Below, piece after piece: positions 28,771 to 41,689 of a DNA stretch of 64,000 nt. How positions within the stretch are numbered: the stretch's first letter is position 1; every line of letters starts with the position of its first letter. This stretch comes from Octopus sinensis. Lineage: Eukaryota. The stretch is from contig NC_043003.1 in the NCBI RefSeq assembly GCF_006345805.1, positions 73,594,001-73,658,000 on the forward strand, written 5' to 3'. Both the position numbers and the translations under genes were made by a program. The notes under the pieces are model-generated. The model did no database searches. It was not told the origin of the DNA and saw only the letters and a list, made by a program, of their open reading frames with translations.

Positions 28771-29452
28771 GGATGGGTGTGATTCCTGATAAACTTTTGT
28801 TTATCTAGTTTTATACATTTAGTTTATGAGCATACTGTGCTTACATACTCATGCCCAGCGATAGCATCGGTAAATGATACCGGTAGGAAGAACGCATATT
28901 ATTATCCCTTAGGCGGTTATTCTAACCGCTAACTCTGCTTACCTATATGGATAAGGGAACAATTTATAATATATTTTTAGATCTTTTTGAAGAGATAACA
29001 AAGATATATAATAATATATAAAAATAGCACGAAACCAGGAAAGTTCCGAAAGATGGAAGACCATATCGATTCAACGTAGACAGGTACACTCTAGGATGAC
29101 GAAGAAGAGAATTTTAAAGATCTTAGTGCTGATTTGATCAATATACAGTCGAAAAAGTCATAGAAGCATTGGCGAAAAGTCCGTTAGTGATGTATAGGAA
29201 ATTTAGTTTGTACGTTAGAGCAATTTCTGTTCCTTGTTAGAAGTATGTCTGTGCATTTTATATACAGCTCATCAGCTTCAATTGGAAAACGAATCCATAT
29301 CGATTTATCCTAGCTGACGTGCTCATATCTGTCTAGTATACCAACGGCTAGAATTTGTGGATTTCTCGAGGAAGACAATGCATTTAGTAGACACTGATAG
29401 TATTAGTACTGGCGTATAAGTAGCATTGCTGTATCACACCAACTACATTTAG

Positions 29453-29549
29453 TTAATGCGAATATTTAGCAAAAATAAGCTCGAAGAAGGTTGGAAAGAT
29501 ATGGGCAAGCTAATGGAATTACAAGTCTCACTAATCAGGCGCGCGAGAA
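29453..29549 (+). CDS. Candidate coding exon D (LMRIFSKNKLEEGWKDMGKLMELQVSLIRRAR)
   Basis: TAG acceptor, GTATGT donor, 97 nt open, phase 0 to 1. Confidence 0.42.
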
Positions 29550-30005
29550 GTATGTTGTTCTAAGTCAGACATAACATACCAGGCTATGAGAATACACATA
29601 AATGATTTGAAGAACTGCTGAGCGTAAGTAACAACTTCAAGTTATCAATTCAAAAGGGAATGGGGGTTATGCTCTAGAATTATGACAGAATCTTTGTTAC
29701 AAAGACCGCAAGGTGCTTTATCACCCTGATTACACTGACTAAAGCGGGAGTGATTCTAAGAGCAATTATCAGATATCCTACAGCAGTATTTCTTGTGGTT
29801 AGAATAACTTCAACGTTATAATGCTAGTACTAATATAGTAATTGAGAAAACAGGCGTTCTCTAGTCACTAAAGTGGTTGCTATAATTATTATGATTAGTA
29901 TAATTATTACTGATATCACGATTATTATTATTGTTATCTCCACTAATACTCAGAACAGTATTATAAATATCTTTGCTTCATTATCCGCCCATCTTGTTTT
30001 TATAG

Positions 30006-30048
30006 TTTCCCGAAATTTGCTCCTTTTTGTCAATACTCTGCTATTCTT
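30006..30048 (+). CDS. Speculative linker exon D2 (ISRNLLLFVNTLLFF)
   Basis: Strong acceptor (catcttgtttttatag) but weak GTGAAC donor; chosen because phase 1 to 2 is needed between D and E. Confidence 0.18.
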
Positions 30049-30114
30049 GTGAACGCATTCGTTACGGCAGTTATTAGTGATTTCCCTAATGCCATTATAT
30101 TTCTATTCTGATTT

Positions 30115-30260
30115 CTGGCAAAACATTAGCACACCGGGTAAAAAGCTTAGCGGCATTTCGTCCGTCTTTACATTCTGAGTTCAAATTCTGCGAGTTCGAA
30201 TTTACCTTTCATCCTCTTGGAGTCGATAAAATAAGTCCCAGTTGAGATTGAAGGTCGAAC
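30115..30260 (+). mobile_element. SINE, same family as 27214-27430, 3' truncated
   Basis: ttctgagttcaaattc ... gtcgataaaataagtcccagttgag. Confidence 0.8.
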
Positions 30261-30611
30261 TTGAGTTTTAGGGGCACATTTCTACGAGATTCATAATGAA
30301 ACACCAAAATCCGGGAAGACTAAAAAGTAAGTACAGTTTGGCATTCACAGCAAGTGAAATGAATATGTAACTGCTTAGAAGTTCTGAATTCGATATAATT
30401 ATTTAAGATTTCGCATTTAAACTGATGAATAGCCAAACTGTTTGAAGTTTTGAAGCAAGCAACGTAAAAAGAGAAAGAATTTCTGCGAAAATGATATTTC
30501 TGAATGTAATTGCAAAAAGAAAATTCATTTTGAGAAATAAATACATACATCGGTACACACGCACCACACACACACACATTCATGTACATATATAATATAT
30601 ATACATATATA

Positions 30612-30675
<64 letters not shown>

Positions 30676-30684
30676 TATATATAC

Positions 30685-30737
<53 letters not shown>

Positions 30738-30751
30738 ATTATATATATATA

Positions 30752-30825
<74 letters not shown>

Positions 30826-31149
30826 GTGTGTATATATATATACATATACATATATATATATATATACATATATATATTATATATATATGCTATCATTTTC
30901 ATAAACATTGCCTTTTATAAAAAAAAATTTCTTCTATGATGGTAGCGTAATAACATCAAGAATTGAAGATGAGTTTCATTTAACCAAAGGCCGACAATAA
31001 CATATAACAAAATATTACAGGAATATAGATTAAAATTTATAAATATCTCTTCATAGGACTCACAAATAAATGATCATGTTTCTTGTTTTGTTTATTTTTC
31101 AAAACAACAACTTCTTAAAGAGTAAAAAAGAAACACCTCGGTATCTATC

Positions 31150-31900
31150 TATACCGATTTGTCTGTTTATTTTTTTCTATAGTTTTTCCTTTCTTTGACT
31201 CTCTTTCTCGCTTCCTTTCTTATAATCAACTCTCTTCTGCTACTTTTTCATTTTCTATTCCTGTTTAGTTCTTTTATCTCTCATACTTTATTTTCCTTCC
31301 TTCCTCTCTTCGTTCGTTCCTTCTTTCCTTGTCACATACTCGCTATTTTTCCATCTCCTTTTCTTTCATTCACAGTTTCTCTGTCTATCTATCTGTTTGT
31401 CTGACTGTCTCTTTCTTCCTTCATTGTCTTTTCCTTCATACCATACATTTGTTCTCTGCTCTTTTGTTCCCCCTTCCTTCACTACTGCACATCTCTCTAT
31501 CTGTTCCTCTCTCTTACGCACTCGTTCTACAATTCTCATTCTTTCTCTCGCTTTTGTTTCAGCTTTCCCTATTTCAGTTATTCCAGTTGTTCTCTCTTTT
31601 ACTCCTTTTTCCTTCATTATCTTTACCTACCTGTTTCTCTAATTTTATCACCCTCTTTCACTGTCTCTCAGTATACTTCCTTCCACTCATTTTTCTCTCT
31701 TCTTCACTCTCCCTTTAACTCTTTTATATCCCTTTCCCACCCTTTATCCTGTATTCTTTGCTTATTTCTGTCTTTCTCTTTTCATCGTTTTCTTCTACTA
31801 CATCTTTTTCTTTCTTTCCTTCACTCTCTCATACATTTCTCTTCTCATTTAAATTATCTATATCGCTTCAATATACAAATACCCCAAACTCCAACGCACT
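31150..31900 (+). repeat. Pyrimidine-rich (CT-rich) low-complexity tract
   Basis: ~750 bp with strong C/T bias on the + strand. Confidence 0.85.
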
Positions 31901-32495
31901 GTCTACTCTCCTTAGTGCCTTCGCTTCTATAATTTCAGAAAGATACGAAAACAGTTAATATCATATAGCAAATTTAAAGCAATCTGCTACTATCACATTC
32001 AAGGTAGCAAATAAAATTAGTCTGTAAAGCTGCTGATTCTCCATAATACCCATATCAACTTTCAGCTATTGAATACATAAATTTTCCTTATTTTTAAGAC
32101 AATTCCCTGTTGCTCCTGCATTCGCGACGTAGTATACTTATAATTCAAAGACATCACTTAACAAAATATAGTATTTATTTCCTTACTACAGTTGGTTGTT
32201 TCAATTAGTTGAGTTTGTTATCCCTTACGCATAAAATATTTTTGTGGGTCACAATCAGTTTGCTGCATCAAGAAATCGCAGGTGTTCCAAATATGAAAAG
32301 GTTGAACTCAGAAAACAATGTTTCTTACGAAGACAATTTTTGAGTGTCATGATTTACAGTTTGGAAAAAAAGTGTGTATAATGCTGAATATAGAAGTAAA
32401 TAATAAAGACAAAAATTTCTTGTGGAAGGTATCTATAAGCCATTTAATAACACTCAAAACCCGTTAGATTCACTTATAAATTTAAATTTAATTTG

Positions 32496-32542
32496 TGTCA
32501 AAATATTTTCGTCGCATTGAGACCGTGGCCTGTTCACTGACA
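32496..32542 (-). ncRNA. Decayed hammerhead-like motif
   Basis: - strand TGTCA-GTGAACA-G-GCCAC...GCGAC-GAAA-ATATTT-TGACA; helix I intact, core has 2 substitutions. Confidence 0.35.
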
Positions 32543-32814
32543 AAATTTCGTGCAGCACGACTCGCAGAGATATACTGCGAAGTAGACTTCATATCCTTCT
32601 CTTATAGCTATGTGCAATGTGTTAAAGATCAAGTATGCAGTTAATACTGTTTTGATCAAGGAGCAAATTCTTTTTTCAAATAATAATTATAATAATAATA
32701 AAGGGAAAAAAGCATATATGAATTCTACTTCTCTGCGGGTCTCGACGGATATACGTTAAGCGAAGACGTAGCTCGCTTACATATTCGTGGTTACTCGTAT
32801 ATTTATGCCTTGGA

Positions 32815-32885
32815 ATACCGACGCTGATGAAGGCAAGAGGTAGTGTTTTATTACTTTAAGCTGGAAACACTATCATGTACGCGGT
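32815..32885 (+). ncRNA. Hammerhead-like motif with long helix II
   Basis: CTGATGA at 32824, imperfect hairpin gaggtagtg/tattacttt, GAAA at 32864; helices I and III imperfect. Confidence 0.35.
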
Positions 32886-33759
32886 TTAATTCATAATTCC
32901 TTTTCTTTCGTCTGCTAGCCTGTTATGTAGTGTTTTTCACGGAGAATTTATGGTGGTAATAGTGTCTTCTGACGTCTATTTTTCACTGGTGAAAAACAAG
33001 CCAAACCCTTGTTATAATTATGTATATAACTATAAAATATTTGTTTTTAATATTTAACACGCTTTAGCATTGTAAAACAAATAAATACAATAATAAAAAA
33101 CATGAAAACTTGACAATGTTGTAACTTTAATCAACTGATATATTATTCTACACACATTTACAAATTCGGAAATATATATATCAATAATATTAATGTGCTA
33201 ACTTTTTGTTTTTGTACGTACCTGTTGTGTGCGTCACACTTCAAAGAAGTGGCAAAGCGAGAGAGAGGAGGATGGAGAGAAAGTAAGAGACAGTGAGAGA
33301 GAGAGACAGTGAGAGAGAGAGACAGTGAGAGAAAAACGTGAGAGTGAAAGAGAACGCGAGAGAGTGCGAGAGGAAGAGAGAGAGAGAGAGATTGAAAGAC
33401 AGTGAGTGCTGACGGCGTTCGTTTTGTGCTTTTAAATATTTATCATATCGCAAGAGAGGTTGATGCATATATACATATACACATTGTTAAATCAAAAGCG
33501 GGGAAGAAGAGGGACACAAAGGAAGTGAAAGAGAAAGAGAGAAAGAGGGTAAATGAGAGAGACAGTTCATACATAGATACATAGACACAACAAATATTGG
33601 ATGTCAATTTCACTTTTCATTACAACACGGGGACAAAATTAACTCACAAATGACTGAGTACTCCACAGGCATGCATAACGTTAACGTAGTTCTCAGGAGG
33701 ATTCAGCTTCACACAGAATATTACAAGGCTAGCCCCTTTGAATTACAGCTACAACTCGA

Positions 33760-33840
<81 letters not shown>

Positions 33841-33986
33841 ATGAATGTATTTGTGTGTGTGCATAGTACAGGTTAGTTAAAACATGTTTGCAATAATAAA
33901 TATCGCGTGGTGGAAATAAACGCAATTACCAAACTCATTCATAAATTAATTTATGATTTCGTTATTTTGTATTTCAATTTGTACAA

Positions 33987-34683
33987 TTGTACCTACACAT
34001 TTTCAACACCTGCACGCTAGAAGAAATGGAAAATAGAGTAATTTTATCTCCTAAAAATTCTGACTGCCTTGCAATAAATGAAAGAGTTCTTAATAATATA
34101 CTAGGGGCATTTAAAACATATTTAAGCACAGATTCAATATCCTGCAATAATGAAGAGGAGGTTCAGAACTGTCCATTTGAATTCAAAAATTCACTCATTC
34201 CATCTGTTATGCCTCCTCATGGCTTCAACTTAAAAGTAGGGGCTATTGTAATGCTGCTAAGAAAACTTTCGATCAGTCAAGGATTATGCAATGGAGCTTG
34301 CATGAAAGTGCAAAGAATTTATGAACATTGTGTAGAGGCATCATTGGTAAACGGCTCCAACAGAGGTCGTACAGTTCTAATTCCAGAATTAAACTTAGCC
34401 CTAGTAATGCAAATATTCCATTCACACTAAATAGACTTCGGTTTATACTTAGACTTGCATATTCAATGACAATTAATAAGTCTGAAGAGAAAACATTTGA
34501 AAAAGGTGGAATACATTTGCCTCAATCGGTATCTTCTCATAGCCAATTATATGTCGCATTTTCAGGAGCACGAGCTATGAACAATATTAAAGTAAGAGTT
34601 ATGACACTTAACTAGGATAAGAGACAAGGCTAAAATCGTGGTATGATATACACACCAAATATTGTCTACCATGAAGTACTGTG
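33987..34683 (+). mobile_element. Helitron PIF1-like helicase C-terminal relic
   Basis: ILSPKN, MPPHGFNLKVGAIVMLLRKLSISQGLCNG, frameshift, LAYSMTINKS..., SHSQLYVAFS, ending PNIVYHEVL*. Confidence 0.9.
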
Positions 34684-34879
34684 AGGAAGAGCACCACACC
34701 AGCTAGCACCATCATCACACCTGCTGCTCCATCATTACACATCCACATTACACCTTTGAGATCAGGGAACCAGCTATGGGCCCGTTGGATCTCTCTCGGC
34801 GTACCAGCAAACCACAAAATTGCACCAGCCAGCATCACCACTACTATCACCAAGCTCGTCATATATATGCATTCATGTA

Positions 34880-34978
34880 GGTATGTATGTATGTATACGC
34901 ACACAAGCACACGCATTTACATTACGCCCACACAACTAAAAAAAAAAACCCCACACAAACGCATACATTCACACACAC

Positions 34979-35009
<31 letters not shown>

Positions 35010-35218
35010 TATATATGGGGTTGGCTGTATTGCAGGCGTGCGTCAGAGTATGTATGTGTGTGCCTGTGGATTCACATACAGCCACACCAATTTTTTTTTC
35101 CATCAATCTTTCAATTATTACGTTTGTGCTTGCATACACATATATATATATATACACACATATAAACCTCTACATTTGTACACACACGCACATGTATACA
35201 TACATTCACTCGCTGGCA

Positions 35219-35268
<50 letters not shown>

Positions 35269-36065
35269 CAATACACGCACACACTCATACACACGTACAA
35301 ACACACACACCAGCACAGATGCCCACATATACCTCCAACAAACAATACTCATACAGATACGCACACGCTTATACACACATGCGCACAGACACACACACAC
35401 ATACGCACACATAAACATGCGCACACATACGTACGCACACACGCACACGAATGCACACACCCAAAACTCACAACCCCACGGATTCACGCATATACATCCA
35501 TATACGCTTACACACACACACATACAAACGCACACGTACACGCACACACAACTACACGCACGCACATACATACACACAAACAGAAATGAACCCACACATA
35601 CATCCCATACACACGGCACACAATTATACATACACGCACACAATTATACATACATATATACACACATACGCACGTACAATCACACACGCACACATATACT
35701 AAGTATAGCACAGTTATTCCCCACCACCCAAACTCTACTCATACACACACGAAAACACACATACATACACACACACACACACACTACAAACAAAACACAC
35801 GCACGATACATATACATACACGCACACACACATACTTCAAAGTAACACGACTGACCTGTGGCAGGGACAAAAACACCACTCCTTATTCTACTAGCCTTAC
35901 AAACTAGCCAGCCTTACTACTAGCCCTTTGTTTACAGCTACAACCACACACACATACACACAAACGTACACACACACACACACAGACGTGTCATCATTGC
36001 ACACATACACACACACACGCACGCGCAGACTACCGCGCACGCACATATCCACAGTTACACACACA
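34880..36065 (+). repeat. ~1.2-kb imperfect (CA)-rich low-complexity tract
   Basis: Degenerate CA/TACA units; source of the His/Thr-rich ORFs. Confidence 0.9.
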
Positions 36066-36079
36066 TTCCCCCTCCTACC

Positions 36080-36362
36080 ATTCTGCTGTCTTTGACAATA
36101 CTACTCTTCTGTCTTTGAAAACATCCTTCTTCACCCTTTTCCTTCCGGTCTTTCAAAATGTGACCTCGTGTGTACCATTGGCTTTTGTTTTCCTCTGTCT
36201 TCCCTTCTCTGGATCTTTCCTTCTCCTATGTTTCCGACGAAGAGCTCCGCTCGAAACGTTAAACCCTCCTTCTTTCCTTCCTTACTGAGCGTTCAATAAT
36301 ACTATATTTGTTCCACGTCCTCGCGTTGTTGTGTTTTTTGTGCTTTCTTGTTTGGATTAACT
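36080..36362 (+). mobile_element. PLE pLTR/3' end remnant
   Basis: Same family as 28550-28770; contains a hammerhead motif. Confidence 0.7.
36230..36264 (+). ncRNA. Minimal hammerhead motif with U4C core substitution
   Basis: GTTT-CCGACGA-A-GAG CTCCG CTC-GAAA-CGTT-AAAC. Confidence 0.55.
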
Positions 36363-36399
36363 ATGTATGTATGTATGTGTGTGTGTGTATTTGGGATTA

Positions 36400-36590
36400 G
36401 TCCCACGACCACCATTGCTTGACAACCGATAATAGTGCGTTTGAGTCCCTGTAATTTAGCTGTTCAGCAGAAGAGACTGATAGAATAAGCACCATGCTTA
36501 CAGGGACTAAGTTCAGGTGTCGATTTCTTCGAATAAAATGCGGTCCTCCAGCATGGCCACCGTCAAATTACTGTGACAAGTATAAGAATA
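36400..36590 (+). mobile_element. SINE 3' half
   Basis: Homologous to the reverse complement of 43905-44035 (gatagaataagcacc ... gtcgattt ... ccagcatggcca). Confidence 0.65.
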
Positions 36591-36699
36591 ACAGAATACC
36601 AATAAAACGTTCCATACCACAAAACCAAGAATGTTCTTTGAATATGCACGAAATATTTTAAGGTTAAATAGTAATTCAGTTTACGTTTGCGTAAATGAG

Positions 36700-36815
36700 A
36701 TATTAGATCGAACCCAGTACATAACTGGTACTTACTTTATCGATCCTCAAAGGACGAAACGTAAAATCGACCTCAGCAGAATTCGAACTCAGAACGTAAA
36801 GACCGACGGTCATAA
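36700..36815 (-). mobile_element. SINE fragment, family of 27214-27430
   Basis: - strand tacgttctgagttcgaattctgctgaggtcgatttt ... gataaagtaagtaccag. Confidence 0.75.
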
Positions 36816-37035
36816 TATGCAAACGTTTTTCATGGTATCAGTGCACTGTTTACATATGCTTACCGTTTCTATGTTTTCTGTGAATGTGAATTCTTCACGG
36901 GTCCAGCTAGTATATATTAATATAAGAGAATGGAGAAAAATGTATAGTGGATAATTATTTTATTTATATTACTATAAAAATAGCAAATATAATAAAAGGA
37001 AAAAAACATAAAAAGTGCCTACACATGTTTCAAAC

Positions 37036-37036
<1 letters not shown>

Positions 37037-37126
<90 letters not shown>
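37037..37126 (+). repeat. (TATC)n microsatellite
   Basis: Direct tandem TATC. Confidence 0.95.
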
Positions 37127-37127
<1 letters not shown>

Positions 37128-37452
37128 AGTCTCTCCCTCTGTATCTCTGTATATATATATATATATACGTATGTGCGTGTGTGTTTCTATATTTCCTAAT
37201 AATCTCTTTCTAATTCGTTTATCTGTCAATTGATCAGAATTCCGCTGGGTAGACGAAGGTAGATAACTCGTTATTCTTGATTATAACCATCTTTTTTGAA
37301 TAAGTAGCGATTGTTTTAAAAAATACTACCTCTCATTTTTACTTTTATTTGCACAAATCTTTAAATTCCTCATAGAAGTACACTATAATATTTTTCAATC
37401 TAATAGATATTCTGCATAATAGAATGCATCTATTAGCCCATTTCAATGCAAC

Positions 37453-37467
37453 ATAATAATAATAATA

Positions 37468-37514
<47 letters not shown>

Positions 37515-37536
37515 TAATATAATAATAATAATAATG

Positions 37537-37615
<79 letters not shown>

Positions 37616-37647
37616 TAATAATAATAATAATGATAATAATAATAACA
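37453..37647 (+). repeat. ~190-bp (TAA)n tract with no retroelement insertion
   Basis: Near-perfect TAA repeat. Confidence 0.95.
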
Positions 37648-38543
37648 ACTTTTCTCTACTATAAGTAACGATAAATCTCTCTCCTAAATGGAACGTAGAA
37701 TTAGTATCTTAATATTTTATTTAGCATATATACTCTCCACCACATATTGATCTTAACCAGTAAAGACACAAATCTCTTTATGAATTCCTATTTTTGAATT
37801 TCTTACGTCTCACTCTTCTTCTCTTTAATTCATTCTATCTAATTAACGTCTTCAAAATATTTTACCCTAATTATATAATGCCCCTCGCAACGCCTAACCA
37901 TCTGTATTCCTTTAAAATGATTACATAATGTCTCTCAGTACCTATAACTGTTTATTTTTCAAATCCATCATACACTTTTAGCATGATTTGATTAGCTAAT
38001 AGTTCTCCTTACTACCCCCCTTGACATCTTTTCTAACAACTTAATGTTTACATTACTTGGATATATGAAAATGCAGTCCCCATCTATCTTACTCAGTGTT
38101 TTTTGTACCGCCAAATTGAATTCCTTTGAAAAGTATGTAAGCATTAGCCTTTTCTACAATGCAGCTCAGAGGATATCTGGTGGTTCTTTTACATCTAGAA
38201 CTCTTAACATGGTTCGAAAACTGCGGATATTAAACGCTGTTCAACTAATGAACAGAGTGAAACATGTGTAGGCGCTATTAATGCTTTTTTCTATCAATCT
38301 ATGTTCTATTTAATTTTATTTCTATTAAATGGTTTGGTATGTTTTTATCGTGATACAATTAAAATAAGTATCGACTATATATTTTTCTCCATTTTCTTAT
38401 GTTAATATAGCTGAAAATTAGAATATTTATCACTATATATTGTGAAAATGCTCTCAATATATCATCAATAAGGTCAGTTGATGACTGGATTTCATATTCC
38501 ATAAGGAGGAAATTACATGCTGAAATTGAATTTATGTATATAT

Positions 38544-38682
<139 letters not shown>

Positions 38683-38721
38683 GCATACAAATACACACGC
38701 ACACTCACACACATATATATG

Positions 38722-39654
38722 CAGAGGTTGGAAAGAATAATGGAAACAGCTGAAAAATTTCAAACAAATTTACTTTAATATGGAGCAGTTCTGCATTTGG
38801 CAGTAATTACAGCTTGAATTATACGAGCTATGGACTTGTACAAAGCTTGAATTGCTTCCAAAGGAAACACTTAGCCTCTCCTCGAGATCATCACAGGTCC
38901 TCCTACATGTTTAACAGTTGGAAGAAGAAAGTCAGCGTTAAATGCTTCTTTTGGCTGTCTCCACACGTATACTCGGTCGATGGTCGGAAATAAGGTAAGG
39001 GATGACTCGTCTGAGAAAATAAGATTCTTCCACTGCTTTAGGGACCAAGTCAGTAGGTGGTTTTTACTCCACTTGAAACGCTTTGCAACATTTGTTTTTG
39101 CAAGTAGTGGTTTTCTGATTGCAGCCCTCCCATTAAATCCGGCTTTGTGCAGCTCCCGTCGTTCAGTTTTTCTGGAAACTGGGTTCTCGATGTCGTCATT
39201 AAGCTCTGCAGTAATTTTGGGAGTTATACTTTTCTGATCCTTTCTAAAACTTTTGGGAAAGGATCCGACGGTTCCTATCTGAAAGTTTTGGTTTTCTTCC
39301 GGAGTTTTGTTACGACGAGGAGGTTCTTCCCTGTTTCTCAAAAGCTGTCATTATATTTGAGATAGTACTTCTTGATACACCAAACATTTCGGCTGTTTCA
39401 TTACGCTAGCGCCTGCCATACGAGCACCAACAATTTGACCTCTTTGAAGGTCCCATAGATCTGTGATTTTAATGAATTTTAATTGCCTTTTTCTGATGAT
39501 ATCTCAACAGAAACAGCTATTTTAGCAAACATATTAAGCAACACTAATAATAAATCAGGAGCATGAAAATAAACAAGCTTTTGCCGGTTTTATAGATATT
39601 TCAAAATTATGATGCTATGATGCTAGATGTTTCTATTATTTTGTCCAACCCCTG
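38722..39654 (-). mobile_element. Internally deleted Tc1 element
   Basis: TIRs cagaggttggaaagaataatggaaaca / caggggttggacaaaataatagaaaca; TA at right end. Transposase reads RGQIVGARMAGAS...RKPLL...LIFSDES...VKHVGG; second D and E deleted. Confidence 0.9.
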
Positions 39655-39700
39655 TATATATATATATATATATAATATTATTTGTGTAATAATCTTGCAG

Positions 39701-39770
39701 CTTGCTCCCCTATGGGTATCGGTTACCACAATGCTATCATACTGTAGAACTTCTTTTACTTGCTATGGAT
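39701..39770 (+). CDS. Candidate coding exon E (LLPYGYRLPQCYHTVELLLLAMD)
   Basis: tcttgcag acceptor, weak GTGAAA donor, 78-nt intron, in frame with exon F. Confidence 0.45.
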
Positions 39771-39848
39771 GTGAAAATAGATGAATATATGCAGTCTATA
39801 CAATAGAATTTTTATAAGAGAAAATTAAATAAACAGTCTTTATTCCAG

Positions 39849-39935
39849 ATCCCTACAATTGTTTTGGCACAACAGTACCAGCATGTAATTGAAAATTTAT
39901 GCATATATTATTGGTCCACCAATAGCAATCTTCAG
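39849..39935 (+). CDS. Candidate coding exon F (IPTIVLAQQYQHVIENLCIYYWSTNSNLQ)
   Basis: tctttattccag acceptor, consensus CAG|GTGAGT donor, 87 nt open, phase 0 to 0. Confidence 0.6.
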
Positions 39936-40020
39936 GTGAGTTGGTTGTAGACCAGGCTTGTACAGTTCTTATAAATTATATCATTTACAATTGTCCGATT
40001 TGAATATTCTATATTAATAG

Positions 40021-40182
40021 AACAAGGAAATGGTCATTACAGAAATCAATTACGACGATGAAATTAGATCATGGTGTGCCCGAACGTGTTTCAGCTCAGT
40101 GACTGAAACTAATAAAAGATTAAAAACTAGAAGCATAAGAGATACTGTCGTCACAAACAGGATTACTTCAGATTCAATATAA
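40021..40182 (+). CDS. Candidate terminal exon G (NKEMVITEINYDDEIRSWCARTCF...ITSDSI*)
   Basis: TAG acceptor after an 85-nt intron, 53 open codons then TAA; AATAAA overlaps the stop. Confidence 0.55.
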   Translation, partial: NKEMVITEINYDDEIRSWCARTCFSSVTETNKRLKTRSIRDTVVTNRITSDSI

Positions 40183-41689
40183 ATAAATTTTATTAGGTGT
40201 ACTAATTCTTCGTTGTAATATCAATTGTATAAACATTGAATTCTTCAATTTTGTGGTCATAAAAATATGTATAGCACTCCAGGCATTTGCTCGAATAGAA
40301 CTGAGGCTTGCAAAGGTTGTCACTTTATCAAATTATGTTTATATTATATCTGACAATTTCGACTAATAAACGACATAAATGTGTTCTGTGAAGTATATGA
40401 GTTCATATAATTTTCCATTGTGAGTAAATGATTTTCTATATACTATATTCAATGTCATGCTGAAAGGAGAAGAAAGAGGATCACAGCACCAAAGACGATC
40501 CGAATATACTCCAGCTGGGTAGTCTTTTATATTAGACATGTGTACATTGTAAGTCTTTGTGTGGATTAAATAGATATACTCGATTTTGTCAAGTTAATAT
40601 ATATATTAACATATACATATGAATACATACATATATACACAGACATAATACATACATACGTGCATACATACACACACATATTTATATACGTGCATACACA
40701 CACACGCATCGCTTACTTGCGTTAGCAAATGCAAACGAACCAGTAAACGTATGTTTAGCATTCACTTGAACATCGGATAATCACTGAAGAATGGACTGCA
40801 GCTGAAAGATTTATCATGATGTCAGTGGGCGGAGGGGAGGAGGACTTGTGAGCAAAGTTTCTTTTCCCCAGTGACATGTACCAGAGAATTTCGAATCCGT
40901 GGTCTCTATTAAATGTGTCTATGGAACGGGCGATGGTGGTATTAAAATCGCTGATGGATTAATTCTACCAGCAAATGATGGGAAATTATTTTATCCCATT
41001 TGGAAGATTACCATTTGTAGAACTTTAACTCATTCGGCAAAGTGAAATAACTATACACTAAAAATGATTGTGGTTGGATTTTTACAATATTTGCCAATCT
41101 ATAGACCAACATACATATACGTGCACATTGCATATATGTACATAAATATGTAAAAGCGTATATACGTGTGTGTTATAATCTTATTACTGAGCCAGCTGCG
41201 TTGATTTTCCAATATATTCCACAGCCGATATGACAAATGCATTAAGGTCGTGTCTGAATCTCCAACTATTTTAATGCACTAACAAAGATTTCCTGTGTAA
41301 TAGTGCAAATAAAAATAAATTATATTTTTTTCTCAGAGGTGTAGGCGTAACACATATTTAGTGTAAAGAAAGCAACTATGTAAAGCACTCAACTGTATTC
41401 TCAATCATTCAAAATTACTGTTGTAATAATAATTTATTTCGATTCAACCGCCCTCCAAAAAACAAAAGCAAAAATTATTATTTTTCATAGTGAATGTGAT
41501 ACTGTTAATTTTGTAGGCTATAAGATATTGTACTAATAAAAGAAAGAAATGGAAAAAATTAAAACAGGATGACTTGATTTTAGGACTAGCGTTTATTTTG
41601 TAAAAACAATAAATTATAAAATTTAAATTCATCCTGCATTGTCCGATGTACATGCTTAAACTTGATGTTATAAAATGTCCCCTTCCACA

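Noticed and set aside
31939-32003. Exon candidate with a strong acceptor (KIRKQLISYSKF...)
   Set aside because: Its open frame is phase 2 to 1, incompatible with the flanking candidate exons
34681-35845. 302-aa and 276-aa His/Thr-rich ORFs
   Set aside because: Arise from the CA-rich tract; overlapping frames are all open and there are no domain motifs
35860-35900. Hairpin cctgtggcagg plus CTAG as the 3' end of the helicase-bearing Helitron
   Set aside because: CTAG is followed by C rather than T and the hairpin spacing is atypical
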